DNA of 64,000 bases from Hamiltosporidium tvaerminnensis FI-OER-3-3 (GCA_022605425.2 CM061246.1:1426001-1490000), one strand, 5' to 3'; shown: positions 48,601 through 61,441, counted from the first letter of the stretch. Numbers and translations: made by a program. The notes: a model not told the origin generated them from the letters alone.

Positions 48601-51436
48601 AGACCCTACCGAAATATATTTTCCATTTTGATATTGTTACCTTAATAAATTTCGGATCCAATCGGTAATTAGGTTTTCGATGACTTGTGTCAATAAGCAT
48701 GTCATTGAATCATACGCTTTTTTGACATCAATCCCGTTGCCTTGATTGTTTCCATACTCTTTATTAATAGCAACATTTAGCGGGCCTGCTCTTTCGCTCC
48801 TTGCACCTCTCACTGCACCCAATTGATTATCTGCTAGTAACCCTCGCCTTTCTACTCAGCTGAACAACTTTTGTAACACACTTTGTCGTCGCTTGTAAGG
48901 TTTGCATACAGTTATTGGCCTATAGTCGGGCCTTTTTGTGGTACGCTTTTTGGAATGAGATACGTTGCCCATGATAAAACCATTAGCTTGTGGTGTTCCT
49001 TCAAACATATGGCTTTCACAATATCATAAAGATACTTGTGAAGAGTCGTAAGTTTCTTGATATAAAATTGTAGATCCCATCATTCCGGCGCTTTCCGTTA
49101 GGAAGCCAATTGATAATATCTACAAATTCATTAAGTGAAGGAAACGTGGCCTGGTGGTATCCGGCACGAAGGTATCGATACTCATCATACGTAACTATTT
49201 CATTATTTTTGTTCCACATTGTGGACCAAAACTTAATTTCGTCACGATTAACCACATGCTCGGATTCCCGCTCGACGGCCCGATAATATCTACCTCGGAA
49301 TAACTCAACTCGATTCTCTTTTCGGATTGCTTCCTACTTTCGTACATCGTAGTTTTTTCGTAAACAGTTTCGCTCTTCTTCTTAACTACGCCTCCGATAG
49401 ATCATTTGTTTTGTTTAGGTCTAAATTAAACTCTCGCATAATTTTTTAAGACTTTTAGTTTGGGGAGAGTTCTTCCCGTCTACGTGTTTCTCGAGGATAT
49501 CTTTTGAAATTTTAACACTGATTTTATCTCATGCTTTCTTTCCCGCTGATCTTGGCTTTTTGTGTTTCATCGTCATAACATACCTGTGCTGTCTGGATAA
49601 TTCGGGCACGTCTGTTATCGTCATAGGTACTGGAGTCTGCATATTCACCGACTATTCGATTAATAAGATCAAGAACTGTGTGTCACCAATTCATTTGGAA
49701 GCTTTCGAGTTCGGACTACTACTTTTCCGATTTCCTCCTCGATATTTTTTTGATATTACTCAGTATTTTTTCTCGGCTTATAAATCGGTGCATCGGTCGG
49801 AACTGGCTCGCGAGACAGTGGCGATTCGACGTCGCTCCCTTCTCTTCCGCCTATTTCCTCTTCCGTTCTTTGTGTGCCATTCTTTTTAGCATCGTGTTTC
49901 GGTACGGGAACTTCTCATTATAGTAGCTCTGTATCTCTTTCCATCCGTTTCTAGGCATTCGGTCAAACCTTGTTTGTACTGCGAAAGAACACATCGAATA
50001 AATTCTTGACGCTCGGCTTCTATAGATCTGGTATGGATCGGTCCGGCCTTTCGGAAATAGGTTGGTACAAGGTTTGGCCACTGGTTATCTGGCCTAGGGG
50101 TCCGGTGCTTGAATGCATGGGTTGTGGCGGTGTTGGTGTTAGCGCTACCTTTGTGTTTGTGTTTGCTTCGCTTGGTGGTATATAAATGTTATTTTGTGGT
50201 GGATGGTGTGTTGAGCTTGGCTGTGATTCCCTGGTCGTTTACCTCTATTACCCCTCCACTTCACTTGCCCTGTTTGCAGCCTTTATTATTTTTTCTTTTT
50301 GTTTTTCGCTGCCTACATATTTTCTTCTACCCATGAGCCCATTTGGTTCAAAATAATATTTTTCTATATCGTTTTCTTGAATGTGAATTACTACAAGTTT
50401 TAAATTCATGAAGAGTGTATCGTCATTTATGAGCCGAATTATTGTTAAAGGTATAACGTGGTAAAAAAATCAATTTTTTCTATACTTTCAGCAATTCTCG
50501 AAAGAATGTCTGCAATGGGTTCATGCAAAATAGTATAATCAAATATATTTACTTTATGGATTTTACAAATTCTAAAAATTATATGAAGCTGTTGTATGAA
50601 GTCATGATCATTTTTTATTTTCCAGCCAAATGATGAATATTCGTTACCTTCGATATTCAAAGTGTAGATTTTTTCTATTACGTCGCACAATACATCTTCT
50701 TGATCATCATTTTTTAAATCTTCTACTTCAATAAATGAATCGTAAAAACATTTTTCAAACGACCATATTTTGAAAAATTCATCTACAAGGATTTTAAATT
50801 CATTTTTAAAATAGAATTAAATATTTTGTCTTTGTGAAAATCAAAAGACAGATACTGGTCATATATGTCGGAAATATAGATTGAATAAAATATAAGATTG
50901 TTTATAAAATTAAAAAAGTTGGCGTTCTTTACTACTTCTAATTGATCTAGAATAAGTAGAAAAATGCAAAATTCATGTGGTTCCAGCGCTTGAAAAGGTA
51001 TCGTAGGAGCACGTAAAACATTGCAAAATTTTTGAAAATCGCGATATTTTATATTTTCTAACACTAAAATATCAGTTTGTGTTTTTATACTTATTTTATT
51101 AAATGTGAGAAAATTTGTATCTTTTTGGTCGATTTCAAAAAAGTCTGGATCGGTATTCTCCTTAATATCCATTTTTTCCATTTTTTTTGGTGGTTCCATT
51201 CCAACTTGATCATTTATAAAATATATTCATAGAACCGCCTTTATGGAATCAAATTTATTAAAAATCAATATTAAAACGTTTTTAGAAAATGTTTCATTGC
51301 CTTTTTCGGGGTATAAATTTTTCATGATTACAATTACAAATATTAATTTCAAATCATTCAATGCTAAAAATATAGATATAATCTAATATAGAGTTATTTT
51401 GAATCGTGTTATAGCCTTGGTTGAAGCAAAAAACAT
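45625..51436 (-). pseudogene. LRR-like lineage-specific gene interrupted by an R4/Dong-like insertion (parts 50338-51436 and 45625-46863)
   Basis: Removing the element and one TSD copy gives KLVVIHIQENDIEKYYFEPNGKFSVKYEK...ILTLKNNYYE, in frame with ORF 45625-46767 except for one TGA. The C-terminal part has L..L.L repeats. Further stops and shifts occur in the 5' half. Confidence 0.75.
46877..50337 (-). mobile_element. Apparently full-length R4/Dong-like non-LTR retrotransposon with a perfect 13-bp TSD
   Basis: CCCATTTGGTTCA at 46864-46876 and 50338-50350. RT relics (FWSTMW, WLPN, YRPIT, QLGAVRG, IDVKKAYDS) and an RLE region colinear with 24541-26475. The 3' end is TTAACCCAGAATTTTATTAAATAAA. 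Confidence 0.95.
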
Positions 51437-52464
51437 TCAAGAGACTAAACTTCAGACTTTAATATGTATTCTAAGAAAGATAAGTATATTTACAGCTGTA
51501 AGGAGCTGCCGATACATATAAAAATCTATGATTTATAAATTAAGCAATTTTGGTTCGATAAAAATATATAAAAAAACAATTCGTTTTGATTGATAGTTTT
51601 ATTATAAAAGCGACCATATAATTATGGAAAGTTGATATATCAGCGAAGTTAAAGAAAATAGCGAAAATGAACTTGAAGAATGAATATCGTAGGAAAATAC
51701 TTTAAACTGAATAAGGTGTCGATTTTTGGATATATTGGCATGTTGGCTTGTGGTAAGCTATAAAAAAGACTATGATATAAAAGGTTTTATAAATCAAAAA
51801 AGTGGCTTTATCATTCGCGATTTGAAACTCGGTTGGCTGATCAAAAAACAAAGGAAGTAATATGTGAAAGAAATTCCTTCAATCAAAATCTGTTTATGAA
51901 TAAAAAGAGTGAAAATATATTTAAAGTATTTTTTGTGCACTAATTTAACCTTTGGTGTCAAAAATTTATAAATTGTAGGAATAATATTGCGCAACAACGA
52001 AAATTATATGTGCGGCTTGGTTGAATAAGTACAACCGTAACGAGTAGCAAGAATCCAAGACCTTTTATAACCATATTGAATTTAAGATCTATTGTATGTG
52101 ACCGACTAACATGTTATATTAATGCTTGACTTTATGCGAGAGTACTTCAAGTTTAAATAACGAATTTTATTACGGTAGATTGGTGCTACGTAAAGTTTTA
52201 ATAAAAAAGGATGAAACAGAATAATTGTAAATTATACCAAAACAATCTTTGTTTGTATCATACTAATGTATTTACTCAACTTTGCGGTTCCTAAATTGAT
52301 CAGAAATATTTGAAAAAATAATATTTAGAAAAGCCAAAACATAGATCTAAAACGATAATGAAGCCACTAAGCAAAAGATAATATAGTTTATAACAAGCAA
52401 TAGAAAAATTAACAACAGCCTAATTAACAAACTATAAGCAAAATTTTATTTATTTATAAACATG

Positions 52465-52990
52465 GCATGTGTTATATTGTTTTCGTGTTATAAACGCTTT
52501 TTAAGAGTCGCGTGTATTTCAGATTTTAAAACCTCTTAGGTATTTATTTGATACTTACATTCAAAGCTTTAATTTAAAAATTGTGTAGAATCTTTTGGTG
52601 ATTAGTCTAGTTCCTTAGAGTTCCTTTCTGTATATTGCTTGCGGTGTGAAAACAATGAAAGCCACATCTTGCACTCCCGAATCCGCTGAATTTTGACTAA
52701 ATCTACACTTTAATGATCAATAAATTTTCGGCTGTACGTTATTTAGAATTTAGAAACGCCCACTCAGTTATAAAATGCCATGTCAAAAGATATAATCTGC
52801 TAATAACAAATCCTGGGGTTTTAAAAGGAATTTTTTTATATTACCCAGGCACCGTGTCTTCTAGTCCAAGTGAGCAAGGCCAGGTTTCCATGGTTTTGCA
52901 CAAGATTTACTTACAACTTAAATCGCTGTTTCCAATCTATAGACATATAAAACAATGAAGTAAGACCAGAGAAATATTTGACCATTTTAT
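52465..52990 (-). repeat. Unclassified ~700-bp dispersed repeat, copy D (more diverged)
   Basis: Reverse complement ATGGAAACCTGGCCTTGCTCACTTGGACTAGAAG matches copy A ATGGAAACTTAGCCTTGCGCACTCGGTTTAGAAG. GTTATATTGTTTTC matches the family 3' block. Confidence 0.7.
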
Positions 52991-54519
52991 TGATAATCTC
53001 ATTTATATAAAAATTCCAACGAAACCACATAAATGTTAATATAGTTTTCATTTCAATAAAACTTCGAACTTTAATTTTCAAATTGATTTCCTTATATAAT
53101 TGACAAAAAGCCGATTTTTTGTGATTATTCTCATACAACCATACGAAGAAATATAAAAATGAAATCGAAATTCCAATGTTGCAAAATCAGATTCTGTTAG
53201 TGGTTCAGACTCTCGAAATCTCATAAAAAAACCAAATAACAATCAAAATATATAAAGTTTTTTCTCTACTGCATAAAATAGCAATGTAAAATAAGAAACA
53301 GGTTAGAATGGTTCATTATCACGGGCAACCTTTTTTTGAAGCAAATAGCGTATGTTTTGATAAATGAGAAAGATTTTCTATTTTTAAGGCTCCACATGCC
53401 AGAATAATTTTAATATCAGTATTTGTCTTTACTTAATAATACAAATTTGGATTCATAAAGCAACTTGAATCACATTGTTTATTTTGATTCTAGAAAATAT
53501 TACTTATTTAAGTAGACATTACAATAAAAACAAATTTTAATTTTAAATGAATAGACGAAAATATATTTATCTTCGAAAAATAATGAAATGAATTAACAAT
53601 CATTGAGATCTAAATTACTAAGAAAAGTCGTTAAAAAAATTTAACCGAAAATTAACATAAAAATAGGCTCGGAAATGGTTTTACTACTGTTTTGGTTTAG
53701 TATTATAGGATATTTTTTTATGATAACTTAGGAATTCTTTCCCGAAAATTTATAGGTTTAAATAAAAAACCACACGGCCCCAGCATTAATAGATTAATAT
53801 ATTTAATAAGTAGCTTATCTGCCATGCGTTATTATAATCTCATAAGAATGGAAATCAAAAACACACAAAAAATTAAAACAATATTTTTTGTTTCCTTAGT
53901 TTTTTGTGAATTGCATACGAATAAATTGGAGCTTTTTCTTACGCGTGAAGTACCTACATAGAGTTGGCTTTGTGAGAAAACCGCTTCTCTAAATAAATTC
54001 CCCATATTTGCAGCAAATACTCTTGTTTTTTGTCTATTTTCATTTCGAAATCGGTTCGCACGGATACTATAAATGTTTAAGTCAAAACGGAGTATGTAAC
54101 CTAACCGTTAAGAATATGGGATTACAGTATATTATCCGCCTTTAATTTAGAATTCATAATTGCGGCTTTAATTAGATTTTTCATAATTTCGTTACTATGA
54201 GTATCTTATGATTAAAAGGGTGTGATGAATAAAACTTTCAAAGAAAAATGATACTAACCAATGTTCAAGGTTAAAACGTGGAGTGTAATACCTGGCTAAT
54301 TCAAGAATTCATTGGATGTTAAAAACCTCTTGTTTATTCATAAGTGTATCGACATTTGCTGTTGATACTTTTTAACCTAGTACTCTGAAAATACACTCAT
54401 TTAAATCCCCAAATTCTTATTAACACCCTTTTCAAAATATCTCATAATAATATCTTTTAGTTAACCTATCTTTATAATCAAGAATTTACCTTCTTATTGT
54501 CGGTCATAAGCTTGCATAC

Positions 54520-54930
54520 ATGATTTATTTTATTAAATACTTTTAAAAATATTTTTCGACTCTTTTATAAATTTTCTTCTGCCTCTTTGCTAATGTAATT
54601 TACCTTTCGAAATCCGATCCTTCGCTTATATTCATTATTAGTTTCTTTAGCGTGGCTTCTCTGTTTCAAATAGGAAGGAATAATTATTGTTAATTTAACG
54701 TGTATACCATCATCTTCCTCAGTACTTGCCTGTTTGAAAAGCTTTTGATTGTTTATGTATTTCTGTTCATTAAAAGAACCCATCGAAGCTTTCTTAATTC
54801 TATTCCGCATTTATTTGGACTCAAGCTCTCTCCTTCGATTAAAAGAAACTATTTCAACATCTTCTTGTGTACAATCAAATGAATGTATGCCACTGCGTTC
54901 ATGTTTATTTCAAGCCTTATAGGGTAAGCC
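54520..54930 (-). mobile_element. Diverged 3' fragment of the R4/Dong-like element
   Basis: MNAVAYIHLIVHKK.../KASMG.../KQASTEEDD parallel MNVEAYIQSIVLKK/RASMG/KQVDNEEDD. Confidence 0.7.
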
Positions 54931-55234
54931 TGTGGTATTTGTTTCAATACCACCCCAGACCATCCCTAAGAAAATTATCCTAACACTTCACTTAAAAATA
55001 AGACCTAATCATTTGCCAATATATTTGACCACACTTTATATGTTAGATATTAATTTGCTATATTTATTCTTATTTCGTAGGTGGAGAGAGGATAACTTAA
55101 AAAACCAACTGCCCGGCAATGAATGACTAAAATTGATATAAGAAATCGTTGTTTTGATTTTTGATGGGTATAAAAACATACAGCAGCTTTGGTTATTCCA
55201 TGGGTGGTCGTAAGAGAAGTATAAGGTCTAAGAA

Positions 55235-55790
55235 ATAACAAACCTTTTCACAAATCTATTTTGTAGTTTCGTGTGTAACAAAATTGCAGACCGCAATCCG
55301 TACGAAATAGAAATGTGAAAGCATTGAAAACTAGACTTGCTGACTCGGTTTAGAAGATTTGGCATATTTGAAACTGAAACAAACTATTTAAGGCCAGGAA
55401 AACCATGCAACAAAGTATACCTGTTGGTATGACATTACACTGTCTCAAAGACTTTATGAAGGTCTCTGTGATATATCTGAGCTAGAAGTTTATTGGGTTT
55501 AAAATTTCGCGAGTGAGCGGGTGTGCTGCATACTCTTATGGAAGCCCGGAAATATGTTTAGACCTGCGATCACACTCCATGCAACAGACATAAACAAGCA
55601 CGAAGCAACTGCTTTGCTTGTTTATTAACTTCTACGCATCTTTTATATGAATGCCCTAGGTACGTGGGTATCGAAAAAGTACTGGAGTGTTTGAGGAGCA
55701 ATTATTTAGATCAAACTTAGAAATGCGTTAATGCTATGGAAACAATATAACACTGCCACTGTGTGAAGGAAGAGAAATTGTCAACTAAAT
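55235..55790 (+). repeat. Unclassified ~700-bp dispersed repeat, copy E
   Basis: ACTCGGTTTAGAAG, TATACCTGTTGGTATGA, GCTAGAAGTTTATTGGGTT and CGATCACACTCCATG are shared with copy A. Confidence 0.85.
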
Positions 55791-55812
55791 TCGTATTTAT
55801 TTTTTTTTCAGG

Positions 55813-56765
55813 TATATTGAGGACCCATTCGATAAAAAGCGAATGAGAAATTTTTTAGAAATATCTATAACATAGAGCACTACTTAATTTTTTTTTTCGA
55901 AAGTTAAAAGTTTATTCAACTGATTCACTTGTAAAGTTCTTGCGGGATAAAAAGGGAGATTTGTTGCGTTTAATGCATATATCTTTTAATATTTTTACAA
56001 TTAAACAACAAACCTCCACATTTTATTATAGACAATATAAATATAAGAAAAAAATATAAAAAATGTGATTTATTGTGGTTCGTAAATTTGTTTATCCTTT
56101 TTGGTCAAAATAATCAAAAAATAAATAGATAGAAGGAAGATGATTTAATTAGACTAAATATACAATATTATTTCCCCATCATGCCGGTAGCAGAATTGGC
56201 TTGGAGTACTATCTACTTGTCGTAAGAGGTGACTAAAAGGGACTGATCTTTCATGTTGGGAATAGGCGTAGGCTAACAACCCATCCTTTAAAACTATATT
56301 GTTACAAAACCCGATAAGTAAACAAACCCACTGGAAAAAGACCGGTGGTCGGTATTACTAAGGGAGGCCAAGGCCCGTACAAGGCTGTAGTGCCAAGGAT
56401 GAATGAATGAATATTGCGGGTTTATTCGAAAAAAAAACGAATGAGAAATTTTTTAGAAATATATATAACATAGAGTACTACTTAATTTTTTTTTCGAACG
56501 TTAAAAGTTTATTCAACTCATTCACTTGTATATTCATTCTTTCAGATAAAAAGGGAGATTTGGTGTATTAATTGCATATATCTGTTATTTTTTAATACAG
56601 TTATACATCAAACCTCCACATTTATTATGGACAATATTAATATAAGAAAAAAATATAAAAAAATGATTTATTGTGGTTCGTAAATTTGTTTATCCGTTTT
56701 TGTCAAATTAAATCAAAAAATAAATATGTAGAAGGAAGATGATATAATTACAATAAATTTATATT
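55813..56765. repeat. Pair of ~355-bp direct repeats (55813-56169, 56410-56765) bracketing the RTE mini-element
   Basis: Colinear from ATATTG..ATTCGA..GAATGAGAAATTTTTTAGAAAT to AGAAGGAAGATGAT; roughly 85% identical by eye. Confidence 0.9.
56170..56409 (+). mobile_element. Non-autonomous bipartite RTE-clade element (5' UTR fused to 3' end)
   Basis: 5' TGTCGTAAGAGGTGACTAAAAGGG and GGCGTAGGCTAACAACCCATCC resemble RTE 5' UTRs as I recall them. The 3' part encodes DRWSVLLREAKARTRL* followed by a (GAAT)n tail. AATATT flanks both sides. Confidence 0.8.
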
Positions 56766-59700
56766 TATATAGATTAGAGTTTTCATAGTTCAAAAAATAA
56801 AGAAAAATTTAAACATAAATCAATAAAAAATGGCAGTTTAAAAACAATAGTGGGAACAAGAGCTTTTATATAATGGCATGCGATCTCATGTATATCGATT
56901 TCATTTTCTTTATAATCTAAATAATGCAAGCATTCGTCTTTAAAAGAATAAAATGACAATTATCAGTTTATGTGGTTTATAATTATATTCACACATGTAA
57001 TATGTCGAAGTTTTTAAAACCAGAAGTTTCTTGATCAAATTATTAGAAAACTTTTCAGTTTTCTTCTTAATCTACTTCTTTGAAATTATCAATTTATTAA
57101 ATATTGTTATTTTACTCCGAAACGCCAAATTACAAAAATGCACGGAGTTTTTGATAACTACAAAAAAATATTAAATGCTTAAAAAGAATGAAACAAATCT
57201 CTATTTTTCTCAATATTAATTTTAAATTTACAATTAGGTTCTATATGAAAAAATATTAGAACTGAATACAGTGCAAAAGGTACACAAAAGAAAGGAATAA
57301 TACAGAGTATATATTTTCTTAATATAAATTTTTGAAATTTTTTTTTGAAAAAGTGGTTGAGTATATTAATTCGAGAGTGTTTGCTTTAGTATTATCAATC
57401 AAATAACAAATTTTATACAAAGAAAAATATATGTATATACATTAATTTGTTCTAACCGTGTAATGTAGGTTTTCTGATTTTATTAGTAGCGAGTTGATAT
57501 ACATATTTTTATATACCTTAAAAATAGATAAATTATTCTCCATATAGAAGCTGTATATTACATTGTGATGATGAAAAATACAAGGAGCCTATATACATCT
57601 ATGAGAAAAACATTGACTGACAATTCGAGATTGAAATTTACCAGAGATTACTTTTCGAAAGTATGTATATAGATGAAACAATTCATTTGGTTCAAAATGC
57701 ATCCTAAGAACCTATTATTTACGTATAATTTCAAAATAAAATAAACACATTTATATATCCGAAGAATATATACAGTGAAAGTGTGCTAAAGTGGAAACAT
57801 AGGTACAAAGAACACACAATAAAGCGATACAGAGCATGTGATAACTAAATATCATATAGAGAATATACAGACCAACAAGAAACCAGCAAGGATTCTAGCA
57901 AATCTTTAATAACCCTGAGCTCCAAAAAATATATTGAAATTACGAATAGATAAACGAGGTGAAAATGACCAGAAATCGATAGGCAAACCATCTTGCAAAG
58001 TTGGCAAAAGAAAAGTAAGAAAATATATGTCCATATTAATTTCCCGAAGTTCAAAGATGTTTAAGTTGCCCTAGAAATCGGATGACTAGCTCATGTGAAA
58101 AATGATCCCAGTAGCCTTTGTAAAAATAAATGAAAAAGAAAAATAGTCGATCTTTATATGTAGAAGTTGATAGTAAATAAGGCCATTATTAATAACAAGG
58201 CGTCATATTATTTTAAGTTAGTGAAGTGATGAATTTGAAAAGCGTAGATATTTAAATTAATAAAGTTAAAAAAAATCATTCTAATGTTTTTATTGCGAAT
58301 AGAAAATTGAGCATTGATTGGTTATTTGAAAGTTTTGCTTCTAAAAATATAAAAACCGCGATAAAGTTCTAAATTTTTTTTCCGGCTTAAATTTATCTTC
58401 ACTGGATAGTATGTACGGTAAGAGCAAATTCATTTATTAAGCTGAGATTTTCAACTACAATTTAGTTCACACAATGAATTCATTGATATTATTAATTTAA
58501 TTTTAAACCAAGAATCTGTATAGATTACTTTGCTTGATTTCATTTATATAATTTATAACTTTTCATAAATAGCATTATGATGCAAAAATCATAATGCATC
58601 CTTATAGAAACACTTCACATACATTAGAGTTTGTTTTTTTCACTTATATTTCGGCATTGGAATATTCTATCACTTGAATTCAGAAAATTACATCAATGTT
58701 TTGAATACAGCCAATCACTTAGATATCAAAATATTCTGGGTTTACAATACTATGGAAACCAAAGTTATTCAATTGATGAAAAAAGGTTTTGATACTCTTA
58801 AAACTACTGAAAGCATTAAGAAAACGCAAAAACCTACTTGAAGCACTAAGAGGCAATTGAATAATTGAAAAACAAAATCTTTGTATTTCACATTAATTAA
58901 TAAAATGAAAACAACCAAAATAATAGTTACCACTTAGTGTAAAAAATTGTATGATTATTTCATCATTTATTTTTGAAAAAAAGAGTTAGAAATTCGAATA
59001 TTATGCGTTGATTTAGATACTCCCAACAAATGATATACAAATCAAAAACTAATATTAAATACAAACAAATCGGATTTGGAATAAAAAAAGAAGAGTAAAA
59101 ATTATAAGGAAATAATTGAAAGTTTGATTTTTTCTTTATTTTTAGAAATTTGACAGACAAGATCAATGTGAAATCTAAAATTTTGAATAAATATGATTAC
59201 AGATTTTTTTGATTACAACTTCTTTCCTTTATATAAGATCTCGGTTTTTTACGAAATATTAAACTACTATGGTATAAAAAATACAGGAATTACCGTTTTC
59301 TTTATAAAATGAGGTTAGAATTCCACAAACTAAATGAACTAAAAGTTATTAGTGGGAATTAACAACTATTTTTTGAAAATATATACTTATAAATACTAAG
59401 TAGAAAATATCAAAAAAAAGGTGGCTCTAGCCTGTTATTAAAAGTAAAAGAATGGTTTTAAGTTCAAAAAAATCTTTTCCTCTAAATATAATTATATAAT
59501 TTACTTTTGCATTTAATGAACGCACAAGATTATGAAATAACTATTGTATTTGAAATAGTTGTAACTAAAACTAGTTTATTTTTCGCAGCTAATTGATGTG
59601 ATGCAATAAATTTCAGTAAATAAAAGAATACAAAAAAAACCACAAAACAAATAAATCTATAGCTATCTAAAAAAATATAAGAATTCTACGAGGTGCTGGA

Positions 59701-61090
59701 TACCAGAGGTAATATATTTTTTTTTATAGTACTCTATTGTTTAGAATGAATTAAGCAAATTTACACCTAGAAAAACAGAAATTTGGAATTGCGAAAACCA
59801 AACCTAAATTTGACTCATAAATAAATTACAATTCAAAATTCAATATAAAAAACATTCTCAAATGAAAAATTCTGAAAACTCTAAACTATAAAATACGCAT
59901 TATAAAGTAGAATACGAATTGTGACATTTTAAATTGTATAATCCAGAAAAAATAACTGAGGTGCATAGAATACTCTAAATATGTCTTAAAGTATGGAATA
60001 TCAGAACACAAAGAATGTTAGATCTCACACATAAATATATTTGGTAGCAATAAAATTCCCGAGTACCAGCTCATAATAATCTTCCATATTTTTAGAGAAT
60101 CTTGCAAATTTTTATTGCAAAATATTCTGACTTGATTATAGATCGAATAATTTACTAGAAATTGATAGGCGAATTTACTTTTATAAAATCTAAATAACTT
60201 TAGCTCTATTTAAAGAATTAAAAATCACATCATTTCAGAAGTTAGTTAATGTGAGTATTCTGAACTAAGAATGTGCATCAAAAAAATCTAAGGAATCGAA
60301 TGTAATCAATACATTTGGTTTTTTTTTAATAAGATAAAAGAAATTCGAACAAATATGAATTCATTTAAAATACTTTCTTCAAATAATAAAGAGAATGATA
60401 AAGTACGAACTCTTAAATTAAAATAACTTTTATCTAGATTAATTGTTTTGATAGTCGTAATTTATTGTAATTCGGATGTATTTATTATCAAATGTAATGA
60501 TATATATCAAACCTTTAAATACAGTAATAATATACTATTTACCACTGTGGTGTACACCAAAAAGGCATACAAATTGTTTATTTTGATTGATAAAGAGAAT
60601 TAAACTCAAGTAAAATTTAGTTTGATTATAGAAAATAAATTACACAAAATATTTTAGGAAATTCTAAAATACCGTGAAACTATACATCTATAAACCACAC
60701 AGAACATCTAGAAGAAAGATACTATATAAACACATACAAACTTATTAAAATACTAAAGAAGCCCTGTAATTGTATTTCAATCAGGAAAAGAGAAAAATTA
60801 TAAGAACAAATAACTAAACGAGAATAATTTAAATAATGTAAACGATTTAACCTATAATGACTCAGCATCAAATATAAAGTTTTAAGATTTGGTATATTCA
60901 TTGTTAAAAACAATTCTACAAAAAATATTCTTCTTAAACTTTAAAATTTCTTATAAAATCTTATATTTTTAATTCTAAAGACAGTTAAATATAACTCAGT
61001 TTATATTTTTTTTTTACTAAAATTGATTTTTTATTCAAAATTAAAAGTAAAGAATATTTTTACGATCCAAGACATTAGAATTAAAATGTA

Positions 61091-61396
61091 TCAACATTCA
61101 ATGTCATTTAACAACTCTAAATCGTTATATATTTTTGCTATTCTATACCTTTCATATATTTTTTTAAGATCTTTTTTTTCACTACCGACCCAAATTATTT
61201 TTGTTATTCCTGGACATTGGAAACACGAAATAACACACGCACCCTCAGAATAAAAAAATTCATCTTCATAGAATTGATTTGCCACACTAATCATTGAATC
61301 AACAAAGTCGATTATTAGTGAAATATTAATATCATCTTTATTTTTAACATAAATTGGTTCAGAATTTGTTGTAATAAGCAAAGTACCAAAAGACAT
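61091..61396 (-). CDS. Small longin-fold protein, probably a TRAPP subunit (sybindin/sedlin-like)
   Basis: ATG at 61396 directly after CCC. The 101-aa product has ISCFQCPGITKIIWV...LKKIYERY, resembling the L.CFQT.TG.KF...L..IY..Y pattern. Confidence 0.5.
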   Translation of the reverse strand: MSFGTLLITTNSEPIYVKNKDDINISLIIDFVDSMISVANQFYEDEFFYSEGACVISCFQCPGITKIIWVGSEKKDLKKIYERYRIAKIYNDLELLNDIEC

Positions 61397-61441
61397 GGGA
61401 TATTTAAAAAAATCCAAAAAAAAAAATTAAAATAAAGAAAT

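Noticed and set aside
57400-60900. Possible decayed LRR or other genes
   Set aside because: Only short ORFs with no recognisable domain; left unannotated.
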